A DNA stretch of 63,910 bases, filler included, from Polymyxa betae A26-41 (GCA_003693705.1; 9 parts of 9 records of this genome joined end to end with filler, not necessarily neighbours in it), one strand, 5' to 3'; counted from the first letter of the whole stretch, positions 48,297 through 61,463 are shown. The notes: a model not told the origin generated them from the letters alone. Translations and numbers: made by a program.

Positions 48297-50125
48297 ATGC
48301 GCAGTCGTTCACTTTCTCGTGCCCTCCTCGTCCCTCGTTCTTGCTTTATCTCGTCTGTCTCCTCATTTTCCATGTCGCAGTGGTCCGACTTTAGATCGCA
48401 CCTATACCAAGGCCGTTCTTACATCCCGGAGGACGTTCCTGGAGATGGCAATTGTTTTTATCTTTGCGTAGTTCGTTCTGGCACCGTTCCGAATGTTAAC
48501 GCTGATGCGTTGCGCCGGGATGTATGCATGTATGCTCTGTGGCAGGGCCGTTCGGCAGCAGAGCGTGTCGTGGAGCTGTTGCATGAAGTCCGTCCAGGCT
48601 CACCTTCTTCATTCGCAGAAGTGATCTTTCGAATGAGCCGCCCTGGAGTGTATACTTCGACCATTGAGATGGTATTGGTTCGCCTCTTGTTTAATGTGAA
48701 TATCGTCGCAATATCTTCCTACACTACCGGACTTCAGGAATTTTCTGCAGATTCGTTCTGTGCTAGTCACATGCAAGAGTATGTTCTGCTTGGGCCCGCG
48801 CCTCTCAGCATTGTCGTATATCACCATATTTTTCTTCAACCATTGACCCCCGCTCTTCCCTCTAACCATTCAATGCTAAATCATTTCGCCTTGCTGAAGC
48901 CAGCTGCTGTCTTGTCTTTGCCGAACACTTCACCTCTCCCGGTTTCCCCCGCTGCAACAGCTCCGGTCAATAAGAAGGCCATCATGGTGCAGTCGACAAT
49001 GCTTCGTTGGTTCGAAAAACCGGTATCTGCTGCAGCAGGTCCCCTCTGACTGGCTCGCTATTGCCCGTCAGACGGCTAGACAAATTCGGCAAACAGCCTG
49101 TCGTGACACAACGGTCGATATTGCAGGAGATCGTGACACGACTGGCGATCACAGTGCTGCCCAGTGAAAGATGAGCAGCAGATACGTCATGGCGGCCACG
49201 CTCGTCCTCCAGCTTCTGATATGATCGTTATTTATTCTTATAAAACATCAATTTAGCTAATTCACTCTAATTCCATACTACTCAAAACCAATTCCTTCTA
49301 AACAGCCATCGAACTCAATGTCGATGACGTCCTCAATGCTGATGAAACGTTTGTACAGTTCTATCGTGAGGATCGCTTGCTTGTTCCGAGCGGACCAAGC
49401 TGGTTGATACTCTGGTACCTGTCGAAAACGACAAAAAGGCGTCACAGTAATGGTCACGGCGTCCTTAGTCTCATCCAGCCTTCTACCTCCATTTGTGATC
49501 GATACCGGAACATTTGGCAGCAGATCTCATGCTTCAGTGGCGTCATTACACAAAAAGCACGGTGCTGTTCAACAAAACTCACTGGAGGACGCAATACATG
49601 TTTGTCCTGTACCTGACCTGGGTACACAAAATGTTCCCCGATAAGCGCATCTTGCTTGTTGTCGATCGGTCAACGGCGCACTTCGGGGAACTTATTTCTG
49701 ACTGGCTTTCTGCGAACCATGCGTCGAAGTCCACTGGAAAGGTATTCCTTGAATACATTCAAGAGGGTATGACTTCGGTGCACCAGGTTTGTGACATTTC
49801 GATCAACAAGCCTCTCAAAGAGCATATCAAGAAGGAGTACATGAATTTTCGATACGCATCGCTTCAGGGAAAAAGCGCCAATGAACTCTCCGGGTGCGTG
49901 TTAACAGTACCGCGCGAAGATTTAGTTCCCATGATCGAGAGCGCATTCGACGCTATTAATGGCGAGAACAAACGGCGTCGTTGGATTGCCAACACGTTCG
50001 AAATATGCGGGCAGAATCATTGGGCTGAAAACGACAATGCCTTTGAGCAGCATTTAACATCCTTGGATGAGAATTCCGTGTATGGACACATGGTCAAAGG
50101 GAATAAACAGATAAATCTCGTTTAA
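48297..50125 (+). pseudogene. OTU-like protease domain plus pogo/DDE_1 transposase, disrupted
   Basis: N-part DVPGDGNCFY...NHFALL (OTU Cys/His). C-part VLNADET, GVTVMVT, PPFVI, LLVVDRSTAH, GMTSVHQVCDISINKPLK (pogo DDD). Frameshifts lie between 49050 and 49520. Confidence 0.7.
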
Positions 50126-50680
50126 TAAATTTTCATTATTTGCTCTTTAGAACACGTCACCCAGTCACAGAGTGGAGACATACTGGAGACATCCAGTCAC
50201 ACTGGCATCACGTTTCTACACATTCCGAAAATTTGACATCATAATTGGGTGCTACACATTGGGGGAATTTTTGTGTAGATATTATTTTGTCTACGGTATT
50301 CAATGGCGCAATATCTTCATCTCCATTTCAGGCAACCATCAGGAGCGCGGCCTCGAAGTACCGAAAATAGTATTTCTCTCCTTTATCCCTATTTTATTGC
50401 CATAAATCCTAATCCCACAGATTTTGAATATCTAAATAAACATTTGTACTCATCCAAGCAAGCTACCGCTATCGGCAATAAAGTAAAGAATGCTACCGGT
50501 AGTCGGTGGTTGACGGAAGGCGCAGTTTTGCATCCTGTTTTGGATGCGCAGCCCATCAATCCACTGGCGGATAGAAAAAATTTAACGCAGGCAGTCACGA
50601 TGATTGCTTTGCGCCCAGAGGTTTCGAGGGTAGAAGACGCGTCTGATCTTGAGTGGCATTCTGATAGCCCTGACAAAACC

Positions 50681-51515
50681 ATGAAACTGTTGACAGTGTT
50701 GTTCCTGTCCCTAACGGTCGGCTTAACAGCAGCAGCGAATGATCTCGAAGCTCGTCAACAGCCATTACCTGTGAAGATGCTGCTGCCGACTGCCGATGCT
50801 GACCTCGAGGCGATCCAGCTCGAAATCCTTCAGGATTCTGCATTCGATTTGACCACGAATGAATTGGAGATATTGGGTCTAGTTAGGACCTCCAATATTA
50901 GTAATGATGCGGATATGGAGTTATTGAACTCTCAACCTGAAACCGAACACTCTCATGAGCTTCCTATGAACAATGAAACAGCTTACGAAGAAGGCGGCGC
51001 CAGCGATGCTGTGCCTTCCATTAATGATAATCGCGCGTTTGCTGCAGAATGTTCCCGTCTGTCTGATGGTATGAAACTATCATAATCCGCCTTAGGATAA
51101 TATTGAAGCATGGTCAGAATTGGAGCCTTCCGAGAAGGAAATTTCGGACTTTGTCGAATGTATTAAAGTTCATTGTGCAGGTCTTTTTTGGTGTTCGGAA
51201 TCGAAAGGTTTATTCGAGAAGATTGAGGATTTAGAAGTGAAACCCCGCATGCTTAATCTCCTCAATATTAACGAGCGCAAGATCAGGCTGATTCGCAAAC
51301 TTTACGAACGTTTCCGGCGATATCGAAAACCGCCCACCTCAAATTCCAGGAAACTGTACGAAGTGAAATTATATTTAACTGCAATGCTGCAATGTTACAA
51401 CATGCATTGTGACAAGAATGTGGCCGTGTTCGCAGAGAAACACAAAACCCTGCCTGTAAAGACCTTCCACAGGAGTCGCTGTAATGGAAATGACGTCTGT
51501 GGGATAATGAAATAA
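50681..51515 (+). CDS. Secreted protein with acidic linker and Cys-rich C-terminal domain (candidate effector), 2 exons
   Basis: Signal peptide MKLLTVLFLSLTVGLTAAA. A 49-nt GT-AG intron (51069-51117) joins the two ORFs in frame. CxxxHC motifs occur twice. Confidence 0.7.
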
Positions 51516-52220
51516 TGAAAAAAGGAGAGTCTGAATGACACGGAAAACATTGTCTCTTCCAGCATAAACTGAGTCCTTTTCATTGTGCCGTATCATGGTG
51601 TTGGCTCATACAAAACCAATAGACTTTCTGCCGGCCTTCATGGCCTGAATCGGCGAGCTCATAACACAGCATCGGGTGCAGATTCTGAATTGGAAACATA
51701 ATGTTACATGTGGTCACTCTGACTGGGGACAGAAGCTATCAAGTGTAACGGTTAGGGTTTGCATACGATGCCATTTTTTGCAGCTCCTCGACCTCGTTTT
51801 CCAGCTCGTTGGCTTGCCCCATGATCGTATCAATTAACCGTCCACGATAACAGAATCTGGTTTGTGTATCGAACTCGAACTGGGGTAAAGAGCTGTTTTA
51901 GCTCGATACGAATCTACTGAAAAATAGAACCGAATTGATGTTTAAAAACCCGATTCTATAAAATAAATCAGAGTCATGAAGGCCGTCCGCTGGATCAATC
52001 ACTGTAGCCACCACAGTCGCTTCCATAATTTTCGTAGAAGATTTTGCTAATCACTTCTTATTCAAAGGTTGTTGATTGGATCCCAAAAGGAGGTGCTTTA
52101 CTAGTAGCAATTTCCAAAGACATAACCTCATTTAACATAAACAGTTTATTGAAAGATGATTTGTATTGCTGATACAAGTTTAGAAGCTTACAGATGGAGT
52201 AGTTGGGTAGAATTTAATGT

Positions 52221-52370
52221 AGATAGAGCAGGACATTGTCCAGTATGCCCAGAACAGTAGCTGAGTTGAAATTGATAATTATCTATCGAATGTCCAAATA
52301 GGTATATAAGAGAAATAATTGACATCATTATTACAATGATGTTCAAGACAGTATAATATTGGATTTAGAG
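52221..52370 (-). repeat. Dispersed duplicate of the last exon of the 53175-54510 gene
   Basis: About 150 bp nearly identical to 53193-53338 (LNPILYCLEHHCNNDVNYFS). Confidence 0.85.
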
Positions 52371-52647
52371 GAGGAACATGGTATATCTCCGTTTCGGACT
52401 CCGTACACGACTCCATGGGCCACAATTTTGCGCCATTTTGGATTCCAGTCACAAAGCGCAAGCTTTGAACTTGGAAAACTCTATCATGTGAAATTTATAC
52501 AATCTAAAAGATTGAGTATCTCAAATTTGAATCTGGTGAAACATTCAGATGGCGGGAATTCCCGCATCCCCCAACTTGGCTGTGGGAGAATAATGCAAGT
52601 ATTTCTACTGCCATGAGAACATGTTGTCGTTGGGGGACAAACATGAC

Positions 52648-52918
52648 TGTTTTAGTAACATCAACGTAACATAAACTAGAGACGTTGCCACGCGTCCTGT
52701 GGCACGCGACTGTCAGAGTTCGCCTGGTTTTCGATGGCAGATGACGGCCGCGTCGGGTCGGAGCCTGCTCGAGGTCAAGGCAATACAGTCGGCTGCAAGT
52801 TTAAGGTGCTCGAGAGACCTGTCGAGCTTGTTACTAAAGAGCTTTAGGAATATAAATAAACTTTCACTTTTCTGTTACCGCATTCGCTTCGTCTTCGGGG
52901 ATTCTATCAGTTCTAACA
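52648..52918 (+). mobile_element. Possible solo LTR
   Basis: TGTT...AACA termini, internal TATAAATAAA, and 5-bp flanks ATGAC/CTGAC (1 mismatch). Confidence 0.4.
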
Positions 52919-53174
52919 CTGACAAGGTTGCATGACGCACCTCATTTTTGGACGACATGCATAAATTTTAGGTACGACCATCTGGCAATGGAGCGATCTG
53001 TACATAGAACGCGGACAACCGAGTTCAATTTCCCATACAGACTTGCAAACAAATTCTCATAGTGTAACGAAACGTTCTTACGACGAATTTGATTAATTTC
53101 ACTCATGTCCTATAACACTGATGGATCCATCTCTCAATTTCAAAAACATTATAAAAATGTTTACTGATCATTAC

Positions 53175-54510
53175 TCATGAAACATTTACTGCAGATAGAG
53201 CGGGACATTGTCCAGTATGTCCAGGACAGTAATTGTGTTGAAATTGATAATGATCTATAGAATGTCCAAATATATGAGAGAAATAATTGACATCATTATT
53301 ACAATGATGTTCAAGACAGTATAATATTGGATTTAGAGAATCTCGGAGATATTCGCTCAGATCAGATGAATGATTCGAATCCTGCTTCTTCAAGTAATCA
53401 TTCATTCGCTGAATAAACTCCAACATGAGTTTCTGTGATATAATCAGAAAATACAAATAAACCTGATCGCAGTACTACCGTCTCAAATCCTTTCATAGAA
53501 TACATCAATACACAATGCGAAAGTCCTCCACAATCAAGTAATCCACACTGTTTACTCTTTCCTTATGGTGCCTAGGACAGAGGTTGTCAAACCAACTGTG
53601 CGGAAACGGATCTCCCCATCGAGATTGAAAAATCCGAAGATCATTCTGACAGCATATTTTAACACATGAAAATACTGAGTAGCATGTTTTCGCAGAAAAA
53701 CACCACATCGTTGACGTTCCAGGTTCAATTTCGGATCGGCAATCTTGGCCCGAACTAATTTTTGAAATAAACTGGACCAATATCAACTTCTGTAAAGTGG
53801 TCTTCGAAGTCGATAATTGCGAGGGCTCGGTCAATAAGAGCTGATCATCGAGATATTTGATATTATTGGGGTCTTTTGCAACTTTTGCAACTTTTGTAAC
53901 TTGTTTTGTACTCGTCATCATCAGGCTGCTTTTCTGAATTTCAATCTCAAAAAAAAGATTCCGCATTCAATATGAATAAATCTCACCAGAAAAGCTCACA
54001 GCATAGAGTAGTCTGTGATCTTCTAGACATCAAAATCAAACAATTGCAGAAAATCATGCAGAACGCTATTCAAAGGCAGAGTGAGTTCCTTTGTGGGGAA
54101 CAATTTTCATCCATTTCTAGGACGGTTTGTTGCCAGTCTGTGACCAGATTGATCAACTGATCGGCAGATGAGAGTTTAGATTGGCATTTATCTCGGGAGT
54201 AATTTTGCAGGACTTTCGAAGGACTGAAGGGATTCCTCCAGAGCGTCTGAAAATTTCGGAGATCATTCTGACAGCATCGCTTGACACATCGGAGAACAGG
54301 ACGACACGCAGCAAACATCCATTTCCGCGTGTTCCAACCGATCTTCTTCCGAGACCATTCACAATTCCGAGAGGCCCAGATTAATTTCCGATACAGATTC
54401 GCAATCAGAATCAGCTTTGTAATGTGCTGCGAGCAGAACTGATTTTGAAGCCTTTCAATCATATCCAGTTCATCTCCTTTCACATTCACTGCTAATGAAG
54501 AGTTGTTCAT
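53175..54510 (-). CDS. Multi-exon or disrupted gene with three Cys-rich repeats
   Basis: Repeated module VLRCVKRCCQNDLRNF / VFSCVKICCQNDLRIF / ILYCLEHHCNNDVNYF in three consecutive ORFs. Confidence 0.55.
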
Positions 54511-55808
54511 GGAGCATCGACCTGCATCACCAGAAGTTGAAGACAGAAATTATAGTTCTTCATCATTCGGCTCTTTGATCTAATCTACAGTCAATATACA
54601 GCCGGATAAAAATGATCCTGAAACACCCAATGTGGTGATTCTAATAGTGATCATGAGAGGGACGGAGAGAGCAGCCCGCCCATCAGTTGGCGCAACCCTT
54701 CGGTAGACGCTCAAGCCAACAACACGAACGGCATTGCTGTCATCGGTCATGCTATCAACGTTCTCAATCAACATTATAAGAGCATTCTCGAGCCTGAGCA
54801 GATGGCGATAACATTCGACGTCTTGTCAAAGCTCAATATGGAGTTTTGTTTTGTTGGAATCGGGCCTAGCACGCGATGCCTGGATTCGTCGTCAGATGAA
54901 CCTGCTGCAAGTAGTGAACAGCCCTGCCGCCGGGCCTCTTTTGAAAATGTAATTACTTGTCAGCGAATTTTACAATAAATAATCACAGTACTTTAGAAAG
55001 TAAGCTGCGATATTCTACTGTGATGTTGTGTGTGAATGCGCGGTAGTCGTACTAACCCGGAACGCTTTGCTAGAAGGTTGCATGTAGGGTCGTTTGTTGG
55101 CATTCCAGACTTGAAGCATCTGGTGATCTCCAGTGATAATGTGATATTCCAATTGAGGGTTGCGCTCACAGTCTTGCATCTACTCGGTGTCGATGAGTCT
55201 CTTCTGTTACATGGCCGTCCTGGCTAACACAGCTCCGTAACGAAGATCTTGCTGACACTACATTGGATTCAGTGAAGGATCAAGTTACCTGTGAACATAG
55301 CCCATGTCCGATCCGGCTTTTTATGAATAGATTGACGTTACCGGGAGCTACATTATCAGGCAAACCCGCCACCTTATATAGCTACATTATCGGATTGTCT
55401 GTCGGATATTCTATCTGTATATTGCAGATGCTCCAGGCCGGGTCGAATGGGCCACGTTACATGGCAACGATGCAGCAAGTCACGTTAGTTGCAGGCTGTG
55501 TACACATATAGCGTTATCGTCATGTCTCTGTTATTGCAAGTTTCTTTCTAGATGTGTTTTCCGAATTCTATTGGAGTCGAGCATGAATTCACGTTACACA
55601 GGCTCGGCTACCAGTATCACTGAAACTATCACAAAATGCCAACAAAGTTAGAAAAAAGTTCCCAAAAGTTGCGACAGCGTTGCACTCTGTCGAGGCCGCA
55701 CTCTGCTGCCAGGCAGACAGCGTCTCGGCTGCTAAACAGGCGCAGCCCTGGTGCGGATATGGTGCGGCGGCCATCGCCAGCCAAATCTTCACACCTCGAC
55801 CGCCGCGC

Positions 55809-56471
55809 ATGCCGTCCGGTGTCGTCGTACGGGCCGTCGTCGTCGCTGTCTGTCTGATTGGGGCCGGTCATGGATCCCAAGGCTGGTCCGAACCTCTTCT
55901 GTCGTCCTCGTCAGAGCGGAAATTGGATGCCATCACGGTAGTCGTACCGGACCACAATTCGGGCCTTGTTGGTGATGCCCCGGCGGACGCTGAGATCGCT
56001 GTTCCGGTGCTTGGCCTTCAGCAGGAATCCCGTCACGGATGTCTGCAGTCATCGCTGCTAGGCGTCACGACCCTGCTCATGTCTGCATGCGGACTCGTCA
56101 CCGCATTCGTCCCGACCGAGATCTGTGTCCTTAATTGGAGAGCGTGATATTAGATCATGGTCTTTGAAGGCCACGCCACTGATTTACGTTATAGATTGGC
56201 TCATGCTGCCTTCCCATTCCTGACCCTGATGGCTGCCTCTGCATACACATTTTCTGTACGTCAGACCATGTTAAGTGGTGGGAGGCCGCTCCGAGTCTGT
56301 ACGGGGGTGATGCTGGTGATGATTTGCGTAATGAATCTATTGATGGGTCTGTTACAAGTAACAAATGGAATGTGGAAATGTGGGATGCAGGAGGCCGCAG
56401 CCTGGATGCTATCGTTACTTTTTGCCCTCAGTACTGTTATGGAATCTGTCGCTGCTTTCAGGTTTACGTGA
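55809..56471 (+). CDS. Membrane protein with signal peptide and about 4 TM segments
   Basis: MPSGVVVRAVVVAVCLIGAGHG followed by hydrophobic segments. Two same-frame ORFs are separated by stops (intron or decay). Confidence 0.45.
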
Positions 56472-57522
56472 CCCAACCCATAGGTCACGGTTCATATTGT
56501 AATATATCTGTCTCTGTATACTGTATTGAACTCAGTGCGTATCGTCTTTGGTTACTGCTCATCAGAAATGTATCATTCTGATAGCTCACGGTTTACGTTA
56601 GGTATCTTGTGAGCTGTCTGAAGCCCTAGGCGATTGGAGTCGTCAGAGATGGTTTAGAGGTACGCCCTCTCCCGACCGACGCTGCCTGCCGCAGCAGAGT
56701 GGGCTCTAGGAGCCCCCGCGGTGATGTGGTCAACGACATTGCGTGCTTAAGCCACCAATTCGTATTTAAACAGGCTTAGTCGGGGGGTGGGACATGCATT
56801 ATACTTTCCCGCCTTCATCTTATACAAATTCACGTTGAGTTCTTTTTCATGGCTCAGGTCACTGGCAGTAGCTGTATGCTGCTCCTACCAGATGCAATTA
56901 ATCTCTCTAAAAACAAACATCTCACAGACCAAAACACAGCAAACTAAATAAACACGACGAATAAAAAGTTGCAAAATCAAATACTCTACAAATATTTTGT
57001 TTCGAAAAGAGGTGAATTATGATTTTGGACTATCAGTCTATCTCACGACGATATTCTTGCTTTCAGACATTCATGGAGTGGAAATTGGGGAAAATGCGAT
57101 AAAGATTTACGTCTGAATCGCCATACCCATATCATAGGTAGACAAAAAAACAAATAAAATCCTTGATGCGCACTTTTTAGCTACCCCGCAGTTTTCTGTA
57201 TTTTTGCGACTGGCTGTGGACAAGCAGGGTCGTTCTGCTAATGCACAGTACCGGTACCAACATTGGGTCGTCAGACCCCTTAGGTAGTCGATGCATCGGC
57301 CGAGGACGTGGACGGGCACGCTGTGGCGCCTCCGATTGCTGCCTTGGTGTGGTGTGCATGAACTGGCTGGCGTGTGGTGACAAGCTTATCGGAGGATCGG
57401 TCGAATCGGATCAATGTAAGACGGTGATGAAGAACGGGTATAAGATAGAACATGAAGTGTGGCATATTTGAAGGAGTAATAAATTCGAGTTACAAAAGAG
57501 AGATCTGATCCAGATTACAAAA

Positions 57523-58063
57523 TTGGACGACGCGAATCTCGTGGCGACGGTGGCGGAAACTCAAGCAAGGAAGCGGGTCCGCTCCGCCAATCCAGCGTCT
57601 GTGACGGACGCCGAGATTACGTCTTCCCTGGTCCAACAGCACGCGGTCACCAACAAGGTCAGAGCTCCGGTTTGGTTCGGACCTGCAATTGCTGCTGCGA
57701 TTGCCCCGATGTTAGTAAAAAGGAATTCGGATGATGGTTATTGATGTTTCGCTGTAAAGGGAGTCGCGCTGTATTGCGTGAAATATCAATGCGTTTCTGA
57801 TTAAGGATCATTTCCGCATTGAGCCGCTCTTGGACAACAACGGCCGTGTTCCTGCTGGGTTTCCCGCAACAACAGCGGCCTTAAAACGGCTGAGAGGTAT
57901 GAACCTGTATTCGCTGTTAGGGTTTAATCTTACGATTGTCACAGGAACCCAGCTCAATGCTCTGCTGCAGGCCTACAGTTTGCCTATTGATGGTACGGTG
58001 GACCAGCGTAAGAAACGCCTCGGCGTTTTTTTCGGGCGAGTTTATATTCAGTTGTTGAGTTAA
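57523..58063 (+). pseudogene. Mug135-like (DUF1773) protein, intron-containing, with in-frame TGA
   Basis: APVWFGPAIAAAIAP ... GRVPAGFPATTAALKRL..TQLNALLQAYSLPIDGTVDQRKKRLGVFFG matches the Mug135 C-terminal pattern. TGA at about 57779. Confidence 0.55.
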
Positions 58064-58388
58064 TCATGTGCATGATTCAAATTCCTTAAATAAACGAAGA
58101 TGTCTTGAAGATGATGAAATTCCTATTTTTGGCGCGACTTCACTGATAAAAATAGAATTTGTTGACACACAACGATGATACAGTCATACAGCAGAGTAAT
58201 GTAACGAGGCATCTTGATTATGGATTTATTTGGGATCTGGGAATATTATTTGGGATGGGGACATGGGGTTGTGGGGTCTCATAACGTGATAAATATGAAG
58301 CGCAATATGGCATTTTTTGTTTTGGGTTTTGGAAAATGACGGTTATCGGATTGGTGGTTTACTTAGGATGGGTGGATTTGTCATTTTT

Positions 58389-59323
58389 TGTTGGAATGAA
58401 AATTAGGGTTTTACGGTTTGACCGGAAGGTGACTCAGGATCGATCCCGCAGTCCGACAAGTCAAGACTTCCCTTTCCGGTCAAGACTGCCCTTTCCGGTC
58501 CCGATCGGACCTTCCGTCGTGAATGAATAGAAATAAATGGACACACTTGATTTCTCTTACATTGTGATACTTCTCGTTTATTAGAACTTTTACTATCAGC
58601 ACCACTTCCAAGAGGTTATGGGCTCCCTCAACGCTAACATTTCTGCAAACCAAGCTGCTGCCTCTCCCAACCCAGCAGCCCCAGAAATACCGAGGCAGAA
58701 ACCAATCGACGGGACTCCGACGTTCCGTTCAACTCCAGGAGGCACTGGCTACGTCATGCCTCTACGGCTCTTCTCAACTCCCGCCCTGTCAACCATCACG
58801 CCAACCCCCCCAAGGAACCGCATCTTCGTCGTCCTCCGCGAACGGCACGTCAACAGATCGACCTTCGTGGCTTCCAATGCTGATGGCCTCGTTAAACGGC
58901 ATCAACCACTCTCTTACACAGCTCGCGCAACTTAATGCGCAGTCCTCCCTGCCGACTCCCACCGAACCACGAGCAGAAGAGGCCACGCCCGCTCCGCCGG
59001 CTCCAGAAGCTGAGAGGACCACGCCTGGTTCGAGATCCCCGCCTGATCCGGAGGCTAGAGCCGATTTCGACGCTATAACAGTTCCGACGGACAATGCCCC
59101 GACGGTGCGGGCAGCTACTCAAACCACCACGTCCACTCTGGCACACACGCCAGCCACGACCCCCATGCCCACGTCTGAGACTGGCGCACAGCCACCTTCC
59201 ATCATCGCCGTGAATTCGGTGATCCCCACCCAGCCCACGGCTTCCGCGGCCACGGTCACGGCGCAGCCCACCGTGTCCACGCCAACCACCTCCTGGCACC
59301 AAATCTGGTGCCCGCCTCAGTAG
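58389..59323 (+). mobile_element. Copia 5' LTR (58389-58613), PBS and degenerate Pro/Thr-rich gag start
   Basis: TGTTGGAA...TTCCAAGA inverted termini, internal AATAAA, and PBS GGTTATGGGC at 58614 overlapping the ATG. Confidence 0.7.
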
Positions 59324-59571
59324 ATTGGTAATCCGTTAGTAAATCGTGGCTGATTTACCACGATAATTTTTCGTCATTTCCACCCATACCACAGATTAAA
59401 CCATAAAATCAGTTCGTCATTTTTCGAAAACCAATTTCAAAAATATCATTCAATCCCTCATTATATTTTTATTCTTTAAAGTCAAAACAATTTAAACGTA
59501 AAAAAGTAGTGGCTGTTAATGGAGGCAAACAAAAAATATAATAGAGATAGACGGCAAAAATACCAATTTTA

Positions 59572-59601
59572 GAAGAAGAAGAAGAAGAAGAAGAAGAAGA
59601 A
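59572..59601 (+). repeat. (GAA)10 microsatellite (poly-Glu in a frameshifted ORF)
   Basis: Ten consecutive GAA. Confidence 0.9.
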
Positions 59602-59706
59602 GATATAAAAAGTGTTTTGAAACAGAAAAAACAAATATCAGAGAAACAAAAGGAACATTTAAAAAATGCGAGGGAGAAAATGAAGCAAAAAGAACGGGAA
59701 AAGAAG

Positions 59707-59806
59707 NNNNNNNNNNNNNNNNNNNNNNNNNNNNNNNNNNNNNNNNNNNNTTAATTAATTAANNNNNNNNNNNNNNNNNNNNNNNNNNNNNNNNNNNNNN
59801 NNNNNN
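59707..59806. other. Artificial contig linker
   Basis: N44-TTAATTAATTAA-N44. Confidence 0.97.
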
Positions 59807-60780
59807 AGGTTAGAGGTGGTACGCCAACTAAAGACGTCTTTGTGGCAATCTTTCGTTCAAGCCTGAGACGATTGTACGTAGAAATAGTGAAGATGAGTCT
59901 GTATTAATTATATGCGTATTCAAGCCCTTAGTAAGTCCAGAAATTCATCGGAGTTGATTGATAGCCAAAGTATGCGTACATTAGAGCCATACAATATCCA
60001 ATATTGTTACACTCCCCTCCTTCTGTTAAATCAATCTCCGAGAACAAGAAGCAGCTGGGACATTACAGTAAGCATCGGCATTAAAAACCATCAGGGCTCT
60101 AATGGAAAAGCATGCCACTTAAAGCAAAGTCCACTTCTTAATACTCTCTAGGACCATGTCTGCCAAAGGGTGGCGAGACAACTTTAAAGTCTTATGATAC
60201 TTCTGGTCTAAGACAGGAACGTCTTTCCAGAGATTCTGTAAGGGCTCCCAAGTGTTCGCTGTTTGGGGAAATCCCTTCCAATCTACAAGCAGCTCTATCT
60301 GATGACTCTCTGAGTCAAGTCGGCAATCTCTGAATTGCTCAACTTCATAGCTTGCATTATCATAAGCAAATTGGTCCTGAATCTCTTCAGTAATATTTAA
60401 TTTGTTATCCGCATAGTATTTCATTCGGTCCCCGTGAATAACCTTCTTGACGCCATCTATTATATTTTCAATTTCGAAGATATAATTATTCTTAACGTCA
60501 GTAATATGGAATGGACCTTTCCACATCAAGAACAATTTCCTGCCGGGTCTTCTTACAGGATCAGGATCCCCAACCAAGACAAAGTCCCCAACTATAAAAT
60601 TAGGTTCTCTTCTGAAGATTCGAGGTTGAGTGCGATTCTTTCGACGCTGATCCTCTCAAGTAATTACTATTCGTCTATGCATCTGTGGTAACGCGACTCT
60701 TGTAATTGCTTAACTTCCTGTAGAAGCTTATCTAGCGGAATTCTCTCATACTGAAGTGTATCATTTCTAACTCTGGCAAA
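59807..60780 (-). mobile_element. Ty3/gypsy chromovirus 3' end: integrase tail, chromodomain, PPT, LTR start
   Basis: KLFLMWKGPFHI (GPF motif), YEVEQF..LLVDWKGFPQTANTWEPLQNL (chromodomain), and PPT AGAAGGAGGGGAG followed by TGTAACA at 60011. Confidence 0.85.
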
Positions 60781-60791
60781 TACACTATCTA

Positions 60792-61338
60792 ATGGGTTGT
60801 CCGGACGCTCTCGTTGATATGCCAATGCCAAAGAAAGCTAGTGAGCTACAACAGTTATTGATGGCTACTCAATGGATGAGTAGATCAATTCCTCGTTATA
60901 ATCAGATTGTCGTAAAGTTGCAGCAGTTATTTGAAAATGCAATGAAAGGACAGACTAAGAGGACGAAAACTGTTGCTAAAAGGGTTGACTTGAATGAGTT
61001 TGGTTGGAATGCTGAGCATGAGCTAGCAGTTCATAAACTTAAATTAGCACTGATAGAGAATGTCAGGATTGCATTTCCTAGTGATGAGATGATACAGTGT
61101 GTCTTCTGTGATGCTAGCTATCAATATTGCTCAGGTATGGTTACACAGATTCCTGCTGAGGATGATTGTAAGCCATTTTGTGAACAAAGACATCAGCCAT
61201 TGGGGTTTGTTGGTCATCGATTTAAAGGCTCGGAATTGAATTGGGCAATTGTTGATAAAGAGGCGTTTGCAATCAAGGACACTTTGAAAAAGTTGTCATA
61301 CTTATTGCATAGGAAACGGCCATTTTTGCTGTTTACTA
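60792..61338 (+). mobile_element. Ty3/gypsy RT-connection/RNase H fragment (opposite orientation)
   Basis: CVFCDAS, PLGFVGHRFKGSELNWAIVDKEAFAI. Confidence 0.85.
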
Positions 61339-61463
61339 GACAAATCCGTAAATTAAAACTGAGTTTTAAGGTTTGGCTTTCAGTCACAGATCTCAAAGTC
61401 TGTTTAGAGATTGCTTTCCGTTATTTATTATAAACTCGTTTTGCCCAAACAGAGTTTCTAAAT

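Noticed and set aside
50303-50680. N-terminal extension of the 260-aa ORF
   Set aside because: It overlaps a dispersed repeat fragment (50515-50585). The signal peptide begins at ATG 50681.
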